A stretch of 64,000 bases of DNA, taken from positions 3,255-67,254 of the forward strand of contig CABXRS010000003.1 of the NCBI GenBank assembly GCA_902514665.1, given 5' to 3'. This stretch comes from an uncultured Pelagibacteraceae bacterium. Lineage in GTDB: Bacteria; Pseudomonadota; Alphaproteobacteria; Pelagibacterales; Pelagibacteraceae. The first letter of the stretch is position 1. The number at the start of each line of letters is the position of its first letter. The notes below the pieces were generated by a model that had not been told where the DNA came from, did not search any database, and was given only the letters and a program-made list of their open reading frames with translations. Both the position numbers and the translations under genes were made by a program. Positions 1 to 11,900 of this stretch are shown here, piece by piece.

Positions 1-374
1 CCATCAATTTTAAATGATGCTGCACTTCTAATTAAAGAACCAATATTTCTTGGATCTGTTACTTCATCTAAACATATAAACGTAAGATTATTTTTATCTT
101 TTACAAATTCTTTAAGATCAGGCTGATCTAAATGTTCTATCTCTGCAACATAACCATTATGCATTAATTGTTCTTTAGATGAATATTTATCTAACTCTTT
201 TTTTGATTTAAAATAAACCTTAACCTCTTCTAAAAGATTTTTATTTTGATTTTTTCTATGGATATTTTTTTTTGCTTCTTCAGTTAAAAAAACTCTTAAA
301 ACCTTTCTTTGCGGGTTTCGAAGAGCTTCGATAACAGCATGTTGACCTACTATAAAAAAAGAAGATTTGTTCAT
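1..374 (-). CDS. rlmB: TrmH/SpoU-family rRNA 2'-O-methyltransferase (RlmB-like), 5' part; runs off window start
   Basis: Manual translation from ATG at 374: MNKSSFFIVGQHAVIEALRNP...LDEVTDPRNIGSLIRSAASF, containing the SPOUT motif 1 (D-x-x-x-D-P-x-N-x-G-x-x-x-R). Not in the ORF track. Confidence 0.85.
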   Translation of the reverse strand, partial: MNKSSFFIVGQHAVIEALRNPQRKVLRVFLTEEAKKNIHRKNQNKNLLEEVKVYFKSKKELDKYSSKEQLMHNGYVAEIEHLDQPDLKEFVKDKNNLTFICLDEVTDPRNIGSLIRSAASFKID

Positions 375-428
375 AAATTATCATGAGTTTTACACGTTTT
401 TTTGAATATTTGCCTATTAAATCACGTG

Positions 429-456
429 TTGCATTTGCATAAATAAAATATATAAA
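429..456 (+). promoter_or_regulatory. Putative sigma70 promoter of the tRNA-Tyr/Gly-tuf operon
   Basis: TTGCAT(429)-N16-TATAAA(451) upstream of tRNA-Tyr. Confidence 0.35.
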
Positions 457-502
457 ACGCATGTTGTTTGAAGCTTTATTGAACAGGGGACACTTCCCCA
501 TA

Positions 503-588
503 GGAGGGGTTCCAGAGCGGTCAAATGGGGCGGGCTGTAAACCCGTTGACTTCGGTCTTCGAAAGTTCGAATCTTTCCCCCTCCACCA
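503..588 (+). tRNA. tRNA-Tyr (GTA)
   Basis: Acceptor GGAGGGG/CCCCTCC, anticodon arm GCGGG-CTGTAAA-CCCGT, long variable arm, GTTCGAATC, encoded CCA. Confidence 0.97.
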
Positions 589-634
589 TTCAGTAGAATT
601 TTAAGTGGCAATGGAGTGTTACTCTTGGGGTTGT

Positions 635-708
635 GCGGGTGTAGTTCAATGGTAGAACGCTAGCCTTCCAAGCTGGATGTAAGGGTTCGATTCCCTTTAC
701 CCGCTCCA
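635..708 (+). tRNA. tRNA-Gly (TCC)
   Basis: GCGGGTG/TACCCGC acceptor, CTAGC-CTTCCAA-GCTGG anticodon arm, GGTTCGATTCC, CCA. Confidence 0.97.
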
Positions 709-753
709 AGAAAAAATTAGTAATGAAACAAATAAAACCGAGGTATAAAAGTA

Positions 754-1944
754 ATGTCGAAAGAAAAATTTGTAAGGAATAAACCCCACTGTAACATTGG
801 GACTATTGGTCATGTCGACCATGGTAAAACAACTCTTACTGCTGCAATCACAAACGTGTTAGCACAAGCAGGTGGTGGAACTGCGGTTGCTTATGATCAA
901 ATTGATAAAGCACCGGAAGAAAAAGAAAGAGGGATAACAATTTCAACTGCTCACGTTGAGTATGAAACTGAAAAGAGACACTATGCTCACGTGGATTGTC
1001 CAGGTCACGCTGACTATGTAAAAAATATGATTACAGGTGCAGCTCAAATGGATGGTGCAATTCTAGTAGTAAATGCTGCAGATGGTCCAATGCCACAAAC
1101 TAGAGAGCATATTCTTTTAGGTAGACAAGTTGGTATTCCAGCAATTGTTGTTTATTTGAATAAAGTTGATCAAGTTGATGATAAAGAAATGATCGAACTT
1201 GTAGAGGAGGAAATTAAAGAGCTTTTAACTTCTTATAAATACCCTGGTGACAAAACCCCGATTGTTAAAGGTTCAGCTTTAGCAGCTGTTGAAGGACGAG
1301 ATGATGAAATTGGAAAAAATTCAATTTTAGAATTGATGAAAGCTGTTGACGAACACATCCCACAACCAGCTAGAGAGGTAGATAAGCCTTTCTTGATGCC
1401 AGTTGAAGATGTATTTTCAATTTCTGGAAGAGGAACGGTTGCTACTGGTAGAGTTGAATCAGGTGTAATTAAAACTGGAGAAGAAGTTGAAATTGTTGGA
1501 ATTAGGGAAACAAAAAAATCAGTTTGTACTGGTGTAGAAATGTTTAGGAAACTTCTAGATTCTGGTGAAGCTGGTGATAATGTTGGAATTTTATTGAGAG
1601 GTATAGAAAGAGATGACATAGAAAGAGGTCAAGTTCTATGTAAACCTGGATCAATTACTCCACACACTAAATTTGAAGCTCAGGCGTATGTACTTAAAAA
1701 AGATGAAGGTGGAAGACACACTCCTTTCTTTACAAAATACAGACCACAGTTTTATTTTAGAACAACAGATGTAACAGGTGAAGTAGAATTACCAGCTGGA
1801 ACTGAAATGGTTATGCCAGGTGATGATGCTAAATTCACAGTTAAATTAATTACACCGATCGCAATGGCTGAAAAACTAAATTTTGCTATTCGTGAAGGGG
1901 GAAGAACTGTTGGAGCAGGAGTAGTAACTAAAATTATAGAGTAA
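754..1944 (+). CDS. tuf: Elongation factor Tu
   Basis: [21 protein letters not shown]-motifs; 396 aa. Confidence 0.99.
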   Translation: MSKEKFVRNKPHCNIGTIGHVDHGKTTLTAAITNVLAQAGGGTAVAYDQIDKAPEEKERGITISTAHVEYETEKRHYAHVDCPGHADYVKNMITGAAQMDGAILVVNAADGPMPQTREHILLGRQVGIPAIVVYLNKVDQVDDKEMIELVEEEIKELLTSYKYPGDKTPIVKGSALAAVEGRDDEIGKNSILELMKAVDEHIPQPAREVDKPFLMPVEDVFSISGRGTVATGRVESGVIKTGEEVEIVGIRETKKSVCTGVEMFRKLLDSGEAGDNVGILLRGIERDDIERGQVLCKPGSITPHTKFEAQAYVLKKDEGGRHTPFFTKYRPQFYFRTTDVTGEVELPAGTEMVMPGDDAKFTVKLITPIAMAEKLNFAIREGGRTVGAGVVTKIIE

Positions 1945-1956
1945 CTCTATATATAT

Positions 1957-2032
1957 AGGAGTGTAGCTCAATTGGTAGAGCGCCGGTCTCCAAAACCGGA
2001 GGCTGAGGGTTCGAGTCCCTCCGCTCCTGCCA
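1957..2032 (+). tRNA. tRNA-Trp (CCA)
   Basis: AGGAGTG/CGCTCCT acceptor, CCGGT-CTCCAAA-ACCGG anticodon arm, CCA end; canonical position before secE. Confidence 0.97.
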
Positions 2033-2049
2033 ATTAGAGCTAAAAAAAT

Positions 2050-2241
2050 ATGAGAAATCCGATTAAATTTATTCAAGAAGTTAAACAAGAGGCATTTAAA
2101 GTAACTTGGCCAACTTGGAAAGAGACTTTGCAAGGTGCCTTAATGGTTTTTGCAATGGCTGTGGTGATGTCTTTATTTTTTTTACTTTTAGATCAAGTTT
2201 TAAAGTTTTTCTTAGAACTTTTACTTAAGGTGAGTATTTAA
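2050..2241 (+). CDS. secE: Preprotein translocase subunit SecE (single TM)
   Basis: KVTWPT motif, one hydrophobic helix, upstream of nusG. Confidence 0.95.
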   Translation: MRNPIKFIQEVKQEAFKVTWPTWKETLQGALMVFAMAVVMSLFFLLLDQVLKFFLELLLKVSI

Positions 2242-2771
2242 TGAAAAATTGGTACATTGTTCAATCTCATTCTAGTTTTGAGAATAAAGTTGCTTCACTA
2301 ATTAAAGAAGAAGCAGATAAAGCTAAAATTAGCGAAAAATTTGAGGAAATAGTTGTTCCAACTCATGATGTTACTGAGGTAAAAAGAGGAAAAAGAATTC
2401 AAAGAAAAAAGAAATATTTTCCAGGATATGTACTAATTAAAAGTGAGATGGATAACAACATCTATCACATGATTAAGAATATAAAAAGAGTGAGTGGTTT
2501 TCTTGGTACAAAAGGTATTCCAGTTCCTGTTTCAGATAAAGAAGTAGAGAAGATCTTGGGCCAAATAAAAGATGGTGTGGCTCAGCCAAAATCTGGTATA
2601 GAGTACAGCGTTGGCGAAAAAGTTCAAGTTGTTGATGGCCCTTTTGCTTCATTTAGCGGAATGATTGAAGAAATAGATGAAGAAAAGTCTAGACTTAAAG
2701 TGTCAGTTTCTATATTTGGACGACCAACACCAGTAGATTTAGAATATAACCAAGTTGAGAAAGCAAGTTAA
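2241..2771 (+). CDS. nusG: Transcription factor NusG
   Basis: WYIV...FPGYVL NGN domain; [20 protein letters not shown]. Confidence 0.98.
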   Translation: MKNWYIVQSHSSFENKVASLIKEEADKAKISEKFEEIVVPTHDVTEVKRGKRIQRKKKYFPGYVLIKSEMDNNIYHMIKNIKRVSGFLGTKGIPVPVSDKEVEKILGQIKDGVAQPKSGIEYSVGEKVQVVDGPFASFSGMIEEIDEEKSRLKVSVSIFGRPTPVDLEYNQVEKAS

Positions 2772-3196
2772 TGGCAAAAGAAATTAGTGGATTTATAAAA
2801 TTACAAATTAAAGGTGGTCAAGCTAACCCAGCTCCACCGGTAGGACCTGCTTTAGGTCAAAGGGGTGTTAACATCATGGAATTTTGTAAAGCTTTCAATG
2901 ATAAAACAAAATCAATGGCAGGTAAACCTGTTCCAGTTGAAATCACAGTATATAAAGACAAAAAATTTGACTTTAAGATTAAATCACCACCTGCATCTTA
3001 CTATATTAAAGAAGCAGTAAAACTTAAAGGTGGATCGAAAGAACCAGGAAGAAATATTGTAGCTTCAATTTCTAAAAAACAATTAGAGGATATTGCTAAA
3101 GAAAAAATGAATGATCTTAATGCTCATGATATCAATGAAGCAGTAAAAATTATAGCAGGGTCAGCAAGATCAATGGGTATAGAGGTAAAAGAATAA
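2771..3196 (+). CDS. rplK: 50S ribosomal protein L11
   Basis: [21 protein letters not shown]. Confidence 0.98.
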   Translation: MAKEISGFIKLQIKGGQANPAPPVGPALGQRGVNIMEFCKAFNDKTKSMAGKPVPVEITVYKDKKFDFKIKSPPASYYIKEAVKLKGGSKEPGRNIVASISKKQLEDIAKEKMNDLNAHDINEAVKIIAGSARSMGIEVKE

Positions 3197-3885
3197 TGCC
3201 TTCAAAGAGATTTAAAAAATTACCAGAAAAAACACAAGATCTTAGTGCTGAAGCTTTTGAAAAATTGATACCAGACCTAAAAAAAAATTGTACTACAAAA
3301 TTTGACGAGTCTTTAGATTTAAGTTTTCAAATAAACAACAAACAAAAGAAAAGTGAGGTTAATATTAGAACAATAGTTAATTTACCAGGTGGTACAGGTA
3401 AAAAGGTAAAAGTTGCTGTTGTTTGTGAAGATAATAAAGCTCAAGAGGCCAAAGATGCTGGAGCAGATATTGTGGGTAGTGATGAATTTGTTGAAAAAAT
3501 TAAAGGTGGTGAATTAAATTTTGAAAAATTAATTTGTACACCTGGAATGATGGTAAAACTTTCAAAACTAGGAAAAGTTTTAGGACCAAAAGGGTTAATG
3601 CCAAATCCAAAACTTGGTTCTGTCTCTGATAATATTAAACAGGCTGTAACAAACGCAAAATCAGGTCAAGTTGAAATTAGAAATGATAAAGATGGTAATA
3701 TAGGTGTAAGCATTGGTAAAAAATCTTTTAGTGATGACCAATTAATAAAAAATTATAACGCTATATTAGAAACTCTAGAAAAAGAAAAATCAAATAATAC
3801 CCTAAAAGGGGATTTAATAAAAAATGTTTTTGCAACCTCAACAATGGGTGTTTCTTATAAAGTTAAATTAGGTAAGTCGATATAG
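3196..3885 (+). CDS. rplA: 50S ribosomal protein L1
   Basis: KFDES, LGPKGLMPNPKLG, STMG; synteny. Confidence 0.97.
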   Translation: MPSKRFKKLPEKTQDLSAEAFEKLIPDLKKNCTTKFDESLDLSFQINNKQKKSEVNIRTIVNLPGGTGKKVKVAVVCEDNKAQEAKDAGADIVGSDEFVEKIKGGELNFEKLICTPGMMVKLSKLGKVLGPKGLMPNPKLGSVSDNIKQAVTNAKSGQVEIRNDKDGNIGVSIGKKSFSDDQLIKNYNAILETLEKEKSNNTLKGDLIKNVFATSTMGVSYKVKLGKSI

Positions 3886-3887
3886 TT

Positions 3888-4409
3888 ATGATGAATAAAG
3901 ACCAAAAGAAAAATTATATTGAAGAAATGACTTCAAAATTTGAGAATAGTAAAGCTGTTATGGTTACTCATTATCAAGGCTTAACTATGACTCAATTAGA
4001 TGATTTAAGAGCAAAAATGAGAGAGCATGGGATTGTTTTCAAAATTACCAAAAATAGAATTACTAAACTTGCATTAGAAAAAACTAAATGCAAGGATTTG
4101 ACAAATTTGTTTACTGGCCCGACAGCTGTTGCTTTTGGGGAGGATGCAATTATGTCTGCAAGGATTCTCTCAAAATTTGCAAAGGATAATGAAAACCTAA
4201 AATTATTAGGTGGCATTATGGATAATGAGGTCCTTGATCAGGCTGGTGTTCAAAATGTAGCTAGTTTGCCAACATTAGATGAAGCTAGAGCTAATATTGT
4301 GGGTATTTTAAACGCACCTGCATCTAAATTAATTAGCATTTTACTTGCACATTCGGAAAAAATGAGTAGTTTGACCGCAGAAAATTCTGAAACACAACCC
4401 AAAGAGTAA
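3888..4409 (+). CDS. rplJ: 50S ribosomal protein L10
   Basis: [27 protein letters not shown]; synteny. Confidence 0.97.
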   Translation: MMNKDQKKNYIEEMTSKFENSKAVMVTHYQGLTMTQLDDLRAKMREHGIVFKITKNRITKLALEKTKCKDLTNLFTGPTAVAFGEDAIMSARILSKFAKDNENLKLLGGIMDNEVLDQAGVQNVASLPTLDEARANIVGILNAPASKLISILLAHSEKMSSLTAENSETQPKE

Positions 4410-4414
4410 TTAAT

Positions 4415-4780
4415 ATGCCTGACCTTAACAAAATTATTGAAGATCTTTCAAGTTTAACTGTTGCAGAAGCAGCTGAACTTTCAAAACAACTAGAAGAAAA
4501 ATGGGGTGTAACTCCAATGTCCGCAGCGGCTCCAGTAGCAGCAGGTGGTGCAGCACCAGCAGAGGAAAAAGACGATTTTACTATCATGCTAGTTTCTGCA
4601 GGTGATAAAAAAATTAATGTTATTAAAGAAGTAAGAGCAGCTACTTCATTAGGATTAAAAGAAGCTAAAGATCTAGTAGAAGGAGCACCAAAAGAAGTTA
4701 AATCTGGTGTTAACAAAAAAGAAGCTGAAGAGATCAAAGCTAAGTTAGAAGCTGCAGGCGCTAAAGTAGAACTTAAATAA
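4415..4780 (+). CDS. rplL: 50S ribosomal protein L7/L12
   Basis: Ala-rich hinge, [20 protein letters not shown]. Confidence 0.98.
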   Translation: MPDLNKIIEDLSSLTVAEAAELSKQLEEKWGVTPMSAAAPVAAGGAAPAEEKDDFTIMLVSAGDKKINVIKEVRAATSLGLKEAKDLVEGAPKEVKSGVNKKEAEEIKAKLEAAGAKVELK

Positions 4781-4799
4781 ATTAATAAGAAAGAATTTA

Positions 4800-4825
4800 A
4801 ATACTGATTATTTTTAATCAGTATT
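4800..4825 (+). terminator. Perfect 11-bp hairpin between rplL and rpoB (attenuator or processing stem candidate)
   Basis: AATACTGATTA-tttt-TAATCAGTATT; no classic U-tract. Confidence 0.45.
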
Positions 4826-4836
4826 AATAAATATAA

Positions 4837-7800
4837 ATGCAATTATCTTTTACAGAAAAGAAAAACATAAGAAAAAGTTTTGGAAAATTAAAAGAAAGTT
4901 TATCAATACCAAATCTAATAGAAGTTCAAAAAAACTCGTATAAAGAGTTGACGGATTTTAATTCTGAATTAGCAGATTTAACAAAAGGATTTGATAGAGT
5001 TTTTAAAAGTATATTTCCTATTGAGGATTTAAATGATAAAGCAACATTAGAATATGTTTCTTATAGATTAGAAAAACCAAAATTTGATGTTGATGAGTGT
5101 ATAACGAGAGGTCTTACTTATTCCTCAGCTTTGAAATGTACTTTAAGATTGGTTGTCTATGAAATAAATCAAGAGAACAACACAAAAGACATTTTGTCTG
5201 CCAAAGAACAAGAAGTTTATATGGGTGAAGTTCCTATGATGACAAATAGTGGAACATTTATTACTAATGGTGTTCAACGTGTTGTAGTTAACCAGATGCA
5301 CAGAAGTCCAGGTGTTTTCTTTGATCACGATAAGGGCAAAACTCATGCAAGTGGTAAACTTCTATTTAATTGTAGAGTAATACCAAACAGAGGATCGTGG
5401 TTAGACTTTGAATACGATGTTAAGGATTTTTTATATTTTAAAATAGATAGAAAAAAGAAAATATTTGCATCAACTTTACTTCTAGCACTTGGATATACTA
5501 AAGCAGAAATAGCAGATGAGTTTTATGAAAAGGAACAGTACACATTTGATACGAAAACAGAAAAATGGAAAACAAAGTTTAATCCTGAAAATTATAAAGC
5601 TAAAAATTTTTCAGAAGAAGTAATTGATGCTAAAACAGGCAAAGTAGTAATAAAATTAGGGGATAAAATTAATTTCTTAAACGCCAAAAAATTAGCAAAC
5701 GATGGACTTAAAGATATTTTAGTTTCAAGAGAATCTTTATTTGGTAAAATTTTACATAGAGATGTCAAAGTAAATAATGAGGAAGAAGGAACTTTTCAAA
5801 TTGGCACAGAATTGAATGATACTATCATTCAACAACTTTTAGACGCAAATATTCATTCACTTCAGATTTCAGTAACTAACTCTATCAATAAAGGTCCATA
5901 TTTACTTACTACAATTTTGAATGACAAAAATAATTCAAAAGATGAGGCAATAACTGAAATTTATAAAATGTTAAGACCTGGAGAGCCACCAACGATAGAA
6001 ATTGCGACTCAAATATTTAACAATTTATTTTTTAGCTCAGATAGATATGACTTATCAGATGTTGGAAGAGTGAAAATGAATTCGAGATTAAACCAGGAAT
6101 GTTCTGATAAAATTACAATACTGAGAAATGATGATATTATAGCGATTGTCCATAAGATGTTAGACCTAAGAGATGGCAAAGATGAAGTTGATGATATTGA
6201 TCACTTAGGAAATAGAAGAGTTCGTTCTGTAGGTGAGTTGGTTGAAAACCAAGCTCGTATTGGTGTTTATAGAATGGAAAGAGCAATTAAAGAAAAGATG
6301 ACTACTTTAGATGTAGAGTCAGCAATGCCTCAAGATTTAATTAACGCTAAACCATTAACAGTTTCTTTAAAAGATTTTTTTGCAAGTTCACAACTCTCAC
6401 AATTTATGGACCAAACAAATCCGCTTTCTGAAATCACTCATAAAAGAAGAGTATCAGCATTAGGACCTGGCGGTCTTACTAGAGAAAGAGCAGGATTTGA
6501 AGTTCGAGATGTTCATCCAACTCATTATGGTAGAATCTGTCCGATCGAAACTCCAGAAGGACCAAATATTGGTTTAATTAATAGTTTATCTACTTATGCT
6601 AAAATTAATAAATATGGTTTTATTGAAAGTCCATACAAAAAAGTTAAGGACGGGATTGTTCAAGATAAAGTGGAATATCTTTCTGCTATGGAGGAAACCA
6701 AATATACCATTGCTCAAGCAAACACTAAACTTGATAAGTATGGAAAAATTATTGAAGATCTAGTTTCATGTAGGCAAAATTTAAACTTTCTTTTATCTAA
6801 GCCAGATACAATTGATTATATTGACGTATCACCCAAACAACTTGTTTCAGTTGCAGCATCTTTAATACCTTTTTTAGAAAATGATGATGCAAACAGAGCT
6901 CTTATGGGTTCAAATATGATGAGACAGGCTGTTCCATTATTAAAACCAGAGTCTCCTCTTGTTGGCACAGGTATAGAAAGTGATGTTGCGCTAGACTCTG
7001 GTGTAACAATTGTTGCAAAAAGAGATGGTGTTGTAGATAAAATCGATGGAAAAAGAATAGTTATTAAAGTTACTGAGGAAACAGATTTTAGTGAGTCTGG
7101 AGTTGATATTTATAATTTACAAAAATTTAAAAGATCAAATCAAAATACCTGTATAAATCAAAGACCATTGGTCAGAGTAGGAGATAAAGTTAAATCTGGC
7201 GATATAATTGCAGACGGACCTTCAACTAAATTGGGTGAATTGGCATTAGGTAAAAACGTAACAGTAGCTTTCATGCCTTGGCAAGGTTATAATTTTGAAG
7301 ACTCTATTTTAATTTCAGAAAGATGTGTAACCGATGATGTATTTACTTCTGTTCATATAGAAGAATATGAAATTATGGCAAGAGATACAAAACTTGGTGA
7401 AGAAGAAATTACAAGAGACATTCCAAATGTTAATGAAGAAGCTTTAAAAAATCTTGATGAGTCAGGTGTTGTTTACATTGGTGCGGAAGTAAATGCAGGT
7501 GATATTTTAGTAGGAAAAGTTACTCCAAAAGGCGACTCAGCATCAGGTCCTGAAGAAAAATTATTAAGATCGATATTTGGTGAAAAAGCAATTGATGTAA
7601 CTGATACATCCTTAAGAATGTCCAGGGGAAGTAGCGGTACAATAGTTGATGTGAGAGTATTTAACAGACATGGTATTGAAAAAGATGAAAGATCAATAAC
7701 TATTGAAAGAGCTGAAATTGAAGAAGTTCAACAGGACAAAATAGTCGAAGAAGAAATCTTAGAGAGAAGTATAAAACAAAGAGCTGGTCAAATTTTATCT

Positions 7801-8925
7801 GGAACATCATTAGCTAAAAAAGTTAAGGATTTAGCTGAAGGGACAAAACTTGATTTTGAAGCTATAACTAATCTTGCTATTAATGATGTTTTTAAAATTT
7901 CTAATGGAAATGCTGAAAATGAAACAACTCTTTTACAATTAAAGGATCAATACAATAAAGCTAAACAGGATATTACTGAAAGATTTGAAGATAAAGTTCT
8001 TAAAATTAGAAGTGGAGATGACTTACTTCCAAGCGTAATGAAAATGGTAAAAGTTTTTGTTGCTATTAAAAGAAGATTAAGACCAGGTGATAAAATGTCT
8101 GGAAGACATGGAAACAAAGGTGTAGTTAGTAAAATAGTTCCGGTGGAGGATATGCCTTACCGTGAAGATGGTAGACCAGTTGACATAGTTCTTAATCCAC
8201 TAGGTGTTCCTAGTAGAATGAACGTAGGTCAGATTCTAGAGACTCACTTAGGTTGGGCTTGCAAAGAGTTTGGTGAAGAAGTTAAAAAATTAGTTAATGA
8301 AAATAGTAAGAAAATTGAAAAAACTGAAAAAATTGCAAGTTTTTTAAAATCTGTTTATGGAGAAGAAATTTTTAACGAAAAAGTTGATAAATTAAGTAAA
8401 AATGAATTTAAGGATTTGTGTGAAAATTTACAAAATGGAATAGCAATTTCAACTCCTGTATTTGATGGAGCAAAAGAAAAAAATGTAACTGAAATGCTAG
8501 AATTAGCAAAATTGCCTGGTTCTGGACAAACATACTTATGGGATGGAAGGACAGGCGAACAGTTTGATAGACCAGTAACAGTTGGAATTATCTACATGTT
8601 GAAACTGCATCATTTAGTTGAAGATAAAATTCATGCTAGATCAACAGGACCTTATAGTTTGGTTACTCAACAGCCACTTGGAGGTAAAGCTCAACTTGGT
8701 GGTCAAAGATTTGGTGAAATGGAAGTTTGGGCGCTGGAGGCTTATGGTGCTTCATACACCCTTCAAGAGATTTTAACTGTTAAGTCTGATGATGTTGCGG
8801 GAAGAGTTAAAGTTTACGAAACAATTGTTAAAGGTGAAGAGAACTTTGAGTCAGGTATCCCAGAGTCCTTTAACGTATTAGTTAAAGAAATCAAATCATT
8901 AGCATTAAACGTGGAGCTAAATTAA
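4837..8925 (+). CDS. rpoB: RNA polymerase beta subunit
   Basis: [39 protein letters not shown]; 1362 aa. Confidence 0.99.
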   Translation: MQLSFTEKKNIRKSFGKLKESLSIPNLIEVQKNSYKELTDFNSELADLTKGFDRVFKSIFPIEDLNDKATLEYVSYRLEKPKFDVDECITRGLTYSSALKCTLRLVVYEINQENNTKDILSAKEQEVYMGEVPMMTNSGTFITNGVQRVVVNQMHRSPGVFFDHDKGKTHASGKLLFNCRVIPNRGSWLDFEYDVKDFLYFKIDRKKKIFASTLLLALGYTKAEIADEFYEKEQYTFDTKTEKWKTKFNPENYKAKNFSEEVIDAKTGKVVIKLGDKINFLNAKKLANDGLKDILVSRESLFGKILHRDVKVNNEEEGTFQIGTELNDTIIQQLLDANIHSLQISVTNSINKGPYLLTTILNDKNNSKDEAITEIYKMLRPGEPPTIEIATQIFNNLFFSSDRYDLSDVGRVKMNSRLNQECSDKITILRNDDIIAIVHKMLDLRDGKDEVDDIDHLGNRRVRSVGELVENQARIGVYRMERAIKEKMTTLDVESAMPQDLINAKPLTVSLKDFFASSQLSQFMDQTNPLSEITHKRRVSALGPGGLTRERAGFEVRDVHPTHYGRICPIETPEGPNIGLINSLSTYAKINKYGFIESPYKKVKDGIVQDKVEYLSAMEETKYTIAQANTKLDKYGKIIEDLVSCRQNLNFLLSKPDTIDYIDVSPKQLVSVAASLIPFLENDDANRALMGSNMMRQAVPLLKPESPLVGTGIESDVALDSGVTIVAKRDGVVDKIDGKRIVIKVTEETDFSESGVDIYNLQKFKRSNQNTCINQRPLVRVGDKVKSGDIIADGPSTKLGELALGKNVTVAFMPWQGYNFEDSILISERCVTDDVFTSVHIEEYEIMARDTKLGEEEITRDIPNVNEEALKNLDESGVVYIGAEVNAGDILVGKVTPKGDSASGPEEKLLRSIFGEKAIDVTDTSLRMSRGSSGTIVDVRVFNRHGIEKDERSITIERAEIEEVQQDKIVEEEILERSIKQRAGQILSGTSLAKKVKDLAEGTKLDFEAITNLAINDVFKISNGNAENETTLLQLKDQYNKAKQDITERFEDKVLKIRSGDDLLPSVMKMVKVFVAIKRRLRPGDKMSGRHGNKGVVSKIVPVEDMPYREDGRPVDIVLNPLGVPSRMNVGQILETHLGWACKEFGEEVKKLVNENSKKIEKTEKIASFLKSVYGEEIFNEKVDKLSKNEFKDLCENLQNGIAISTPVFDGAKEKNVTEMLELAKLPGSGQTYLWDGRTGEQFDRPVTVGIIYMLKLHHLVEDKIHARSTGPYSLVTQQPLGGKAQLGGQRFGEMEVWALEAYGASYTLQEILTVKSDDVAGRVKVYETIVKGEENFESGIPESFNVLVKEIKSLALNVELN

Positions 8926-11900
8926 ATGAAAAAAGAATTAACAGATTTATTTAAAAATACTGAAATATCTGAAGCTCAAAATTTTAATAGTATTAAAATT
9001 TCACTAGCTAGTCCTGAAAAAATTAAATCATGGACTTATGGTGAAATTAAAAAACCTGAAACAATAAACTATAGAACTTTTAGACCTGAAAAAGATGGTT
9101 TATTTTGTGCGAGAATTTTTGGTCCAATCAAAGATTACGAATGTTTGTGTGGAAAATACAAACGAATGAAATTTAGAGGAATTATTTGTGAGAAATGTGG
9201 AGTTGAAGTTACAAAATCAAATGTAAGAAGAGAGAGAATGGGCCATATTAATCTTGCGACACCAGTAGCACACATATGGTTTTTAAAATCACTACCTAGC
9301 AGAATTGCACTAGCTGTTGATATGAAGCTTAAAGAAATTGAAAGAGTTCTTTATTTTGAGAATTTTATTGTAATTGAGCCTGGTTTAACTGGTCTACAAA
9401 AAAATCAATTATTAAATGAAGAAGAATTAGCAAAATATCAAGATGAGTTTGGTGAAGAGTCGTTTACTGCAGGGATAGGTGCTGAGGCGGTTCTTGAGAT
9501 GCTTAAGAATTTAGATTTAGAACAAGAAAGAAAAAATTTAGTTAATTTTATTAAAGAAACAAAATCAAAAGTTAATGAAGAAAGAGCTATTAAAAGACTA
9601 AAACTTGTAGAGTCATTTATTGAAACTGGTCAAAAACCAGAGTGGATGATTATGACAGTTGTTCCTGTAATTCCACCAGAATTGAGACCACTTGTTCCAT
9701 TAGATGGAGGTAGATTTGCAACTTCCGATCTGAATGATCTTTATAGAAGAGTAATTAATAGAAATAATAGATTAAAAAGATTAATGGATCTAAAAGCTCC
9801 AGATATTATTGTTCGTAATGAGAAAAGAATGCTTCAAGAATCTGTTGATGCATTATTTGATAACGGAAGAAGAGGAAGAGTAATTACTGGCACAGGAAAA
9901 AGACCCCTTAAATCACTTGCTGAAATGCTTAAAGGTAAGCAAGGTAGATTTAGACAAAACTTATTGGGAAAACGTGTAGATTACTCTGGTAGATCTGTAA
10001 TTGTTGTTGGTCCGGATTTAAAACTGCATGAATGTGGTTTACCTAAAAAAATGGCATTAGAATTATTTAAACCATTTTTATATGCAAGATTAAATAAATT
10101 AGGTTTAGCCTCAACTATTAAACAGGCAAAAAAACTTGTTGAAAAAGAAACCAATGCAGTTTGGGATGCGCTTGAGTTAATTGTAAGAGAACACCCTGTG
10201 TTATTAAATAGAGCGCCAACACTTCATAGACTAGGTGTCCAAGCATTTGAACCAAAATTAATTGAGGGAGATGCAATTGAACTTCACCCACTAACGTGTG
10301 CAGCATTTAATGCTGATTTTGACGGTGACCAGATGGCGGTACACGTACCTTTGAGTTTAGAGGCTCAGTTAGAGGCAAGAATTTTAATGTTATCAACTAA
10401 TAACATTCTTTCACCTTCTAATGGCAAACCTATTATTGTTCCAAGTCAGGATATGATCTTAGGAATTTATTATCTTTCGCAAGAGCCAGTTACTGATAAG
10501 CCAGCTGGTTACTTTGTTGATTCTGATCAAATTGAATTTGCATTATCTTCTGGTCAGATAAAAGTACACAGTACAATTATATCTAGATTTGAAACTTTAG
10601 ATGATAAAGGAAATAAAAAGTTTGAAAAATATACTTCTACAGCTGGAAGATTTTTACTAGCAAATTTATTACCAAAAAATAGTAATATTAAATTCTCTTT
10701 AATAGATAGATCGTTACCTAAAAAAGTAGTTTCAGAAATAATTGACATTGTCTTTAGATTTTGTGGTCAAAAAACCACAGTAATATTTTGTGATAAGTTA
10801 AAAGATTTAGGATTTAAGCATGCATTTAAAGCTGGAATATCATTTGGTAAAGATGATCTGGTAATTCCTGAGAGTAAAACACAATTAATTGATGACACTA
10901 AAAAGTTAATTGCCGACTATGAAACACAGTATGCAGAAGGATTAATCACAAGAGGTGAAAAGTACAACAAAGTTGTTGATGCTTGGTCTAAGTGTACAGA
11001 TAAAGTAGCTGGTGAAATGATGAAGGGTATTTCTGCAACTGAGAAAACATCAGAGGGATTAAAAATTAATTCAGTTTTTATGATGGCTGACAGTGGTGCA
11101 AGAGGTTCTGCTGCTCAAATGAAACAATTAGCTGGAATGCGTGGTCTAATTGCAAAACCATCTGGAGAAATTATCGAAAGTCCAATTATTTCTAACTTTA
11201 AAGAAGGTTTAACAGCTTTAGAATATTTTAATTCAACTCACGGAGCAAGAAAAGGTCTTGCTGACACCGCTCTTAAAACTGCGAGTTCTGGTTATTTAAC
11301 GAGAAGACTTTGTGATGTTGCACAGGACTTAACAATTACAAAAGTTAAATGTGACAGCCCAGGATTTATTGAACTTTCAGAGATTTTAGAGGGTGGAAAT
11401 GTTGTTGTTAGTTTATCTGAAAGAGCATTGGGAAGAGTAACAGCTGCAGATGTTAAAAACCCATTAAGTGGCGAAGTAATAATTAAAAAAGAAGAAATGA
11501 TTGATGAAGCTGGCTGTGATAAAATTGATGCCGCTGGAGTAAAATCAATTAAAGTTTATTCAGTAATGACATGTAGTTCTAAAGAGGGTGTTTGTGCAAT
11601 ATGTTATGGTAGAGACTTATCTAGAGGCAAGATGGTCCATGTTGGGGAAGCTATTGGAATGATATCTGCACAATCTATTGGCGAGCCAGGAACTCAGTTA
11701 ACAATGAGAACTTTCCACGTTGGTGGTACAGCATCAGTAAAACAAGATTCTCAGATTGTCACAAAGAGTGAAGGAACTTTAAAGATTTTAAACTCAAATA
11801 TTTTAGAAGACTCTAAGAAAAACTTAATTGTAATGGGAAGAAATACTCAACTTTCTATAGAAGATGATAAAGGAGTTCAAATAGCGGTTTACAAAGTTGC

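Noticed and set aside
280-611. ORF-track ORFs 280..501 and 417..611 on the minus strand
   Set aside because: One is out of frame with the real rlmB-like gene (start 374) and the other is antisense to tRNA-Tyr; neither has recognisable motifs.
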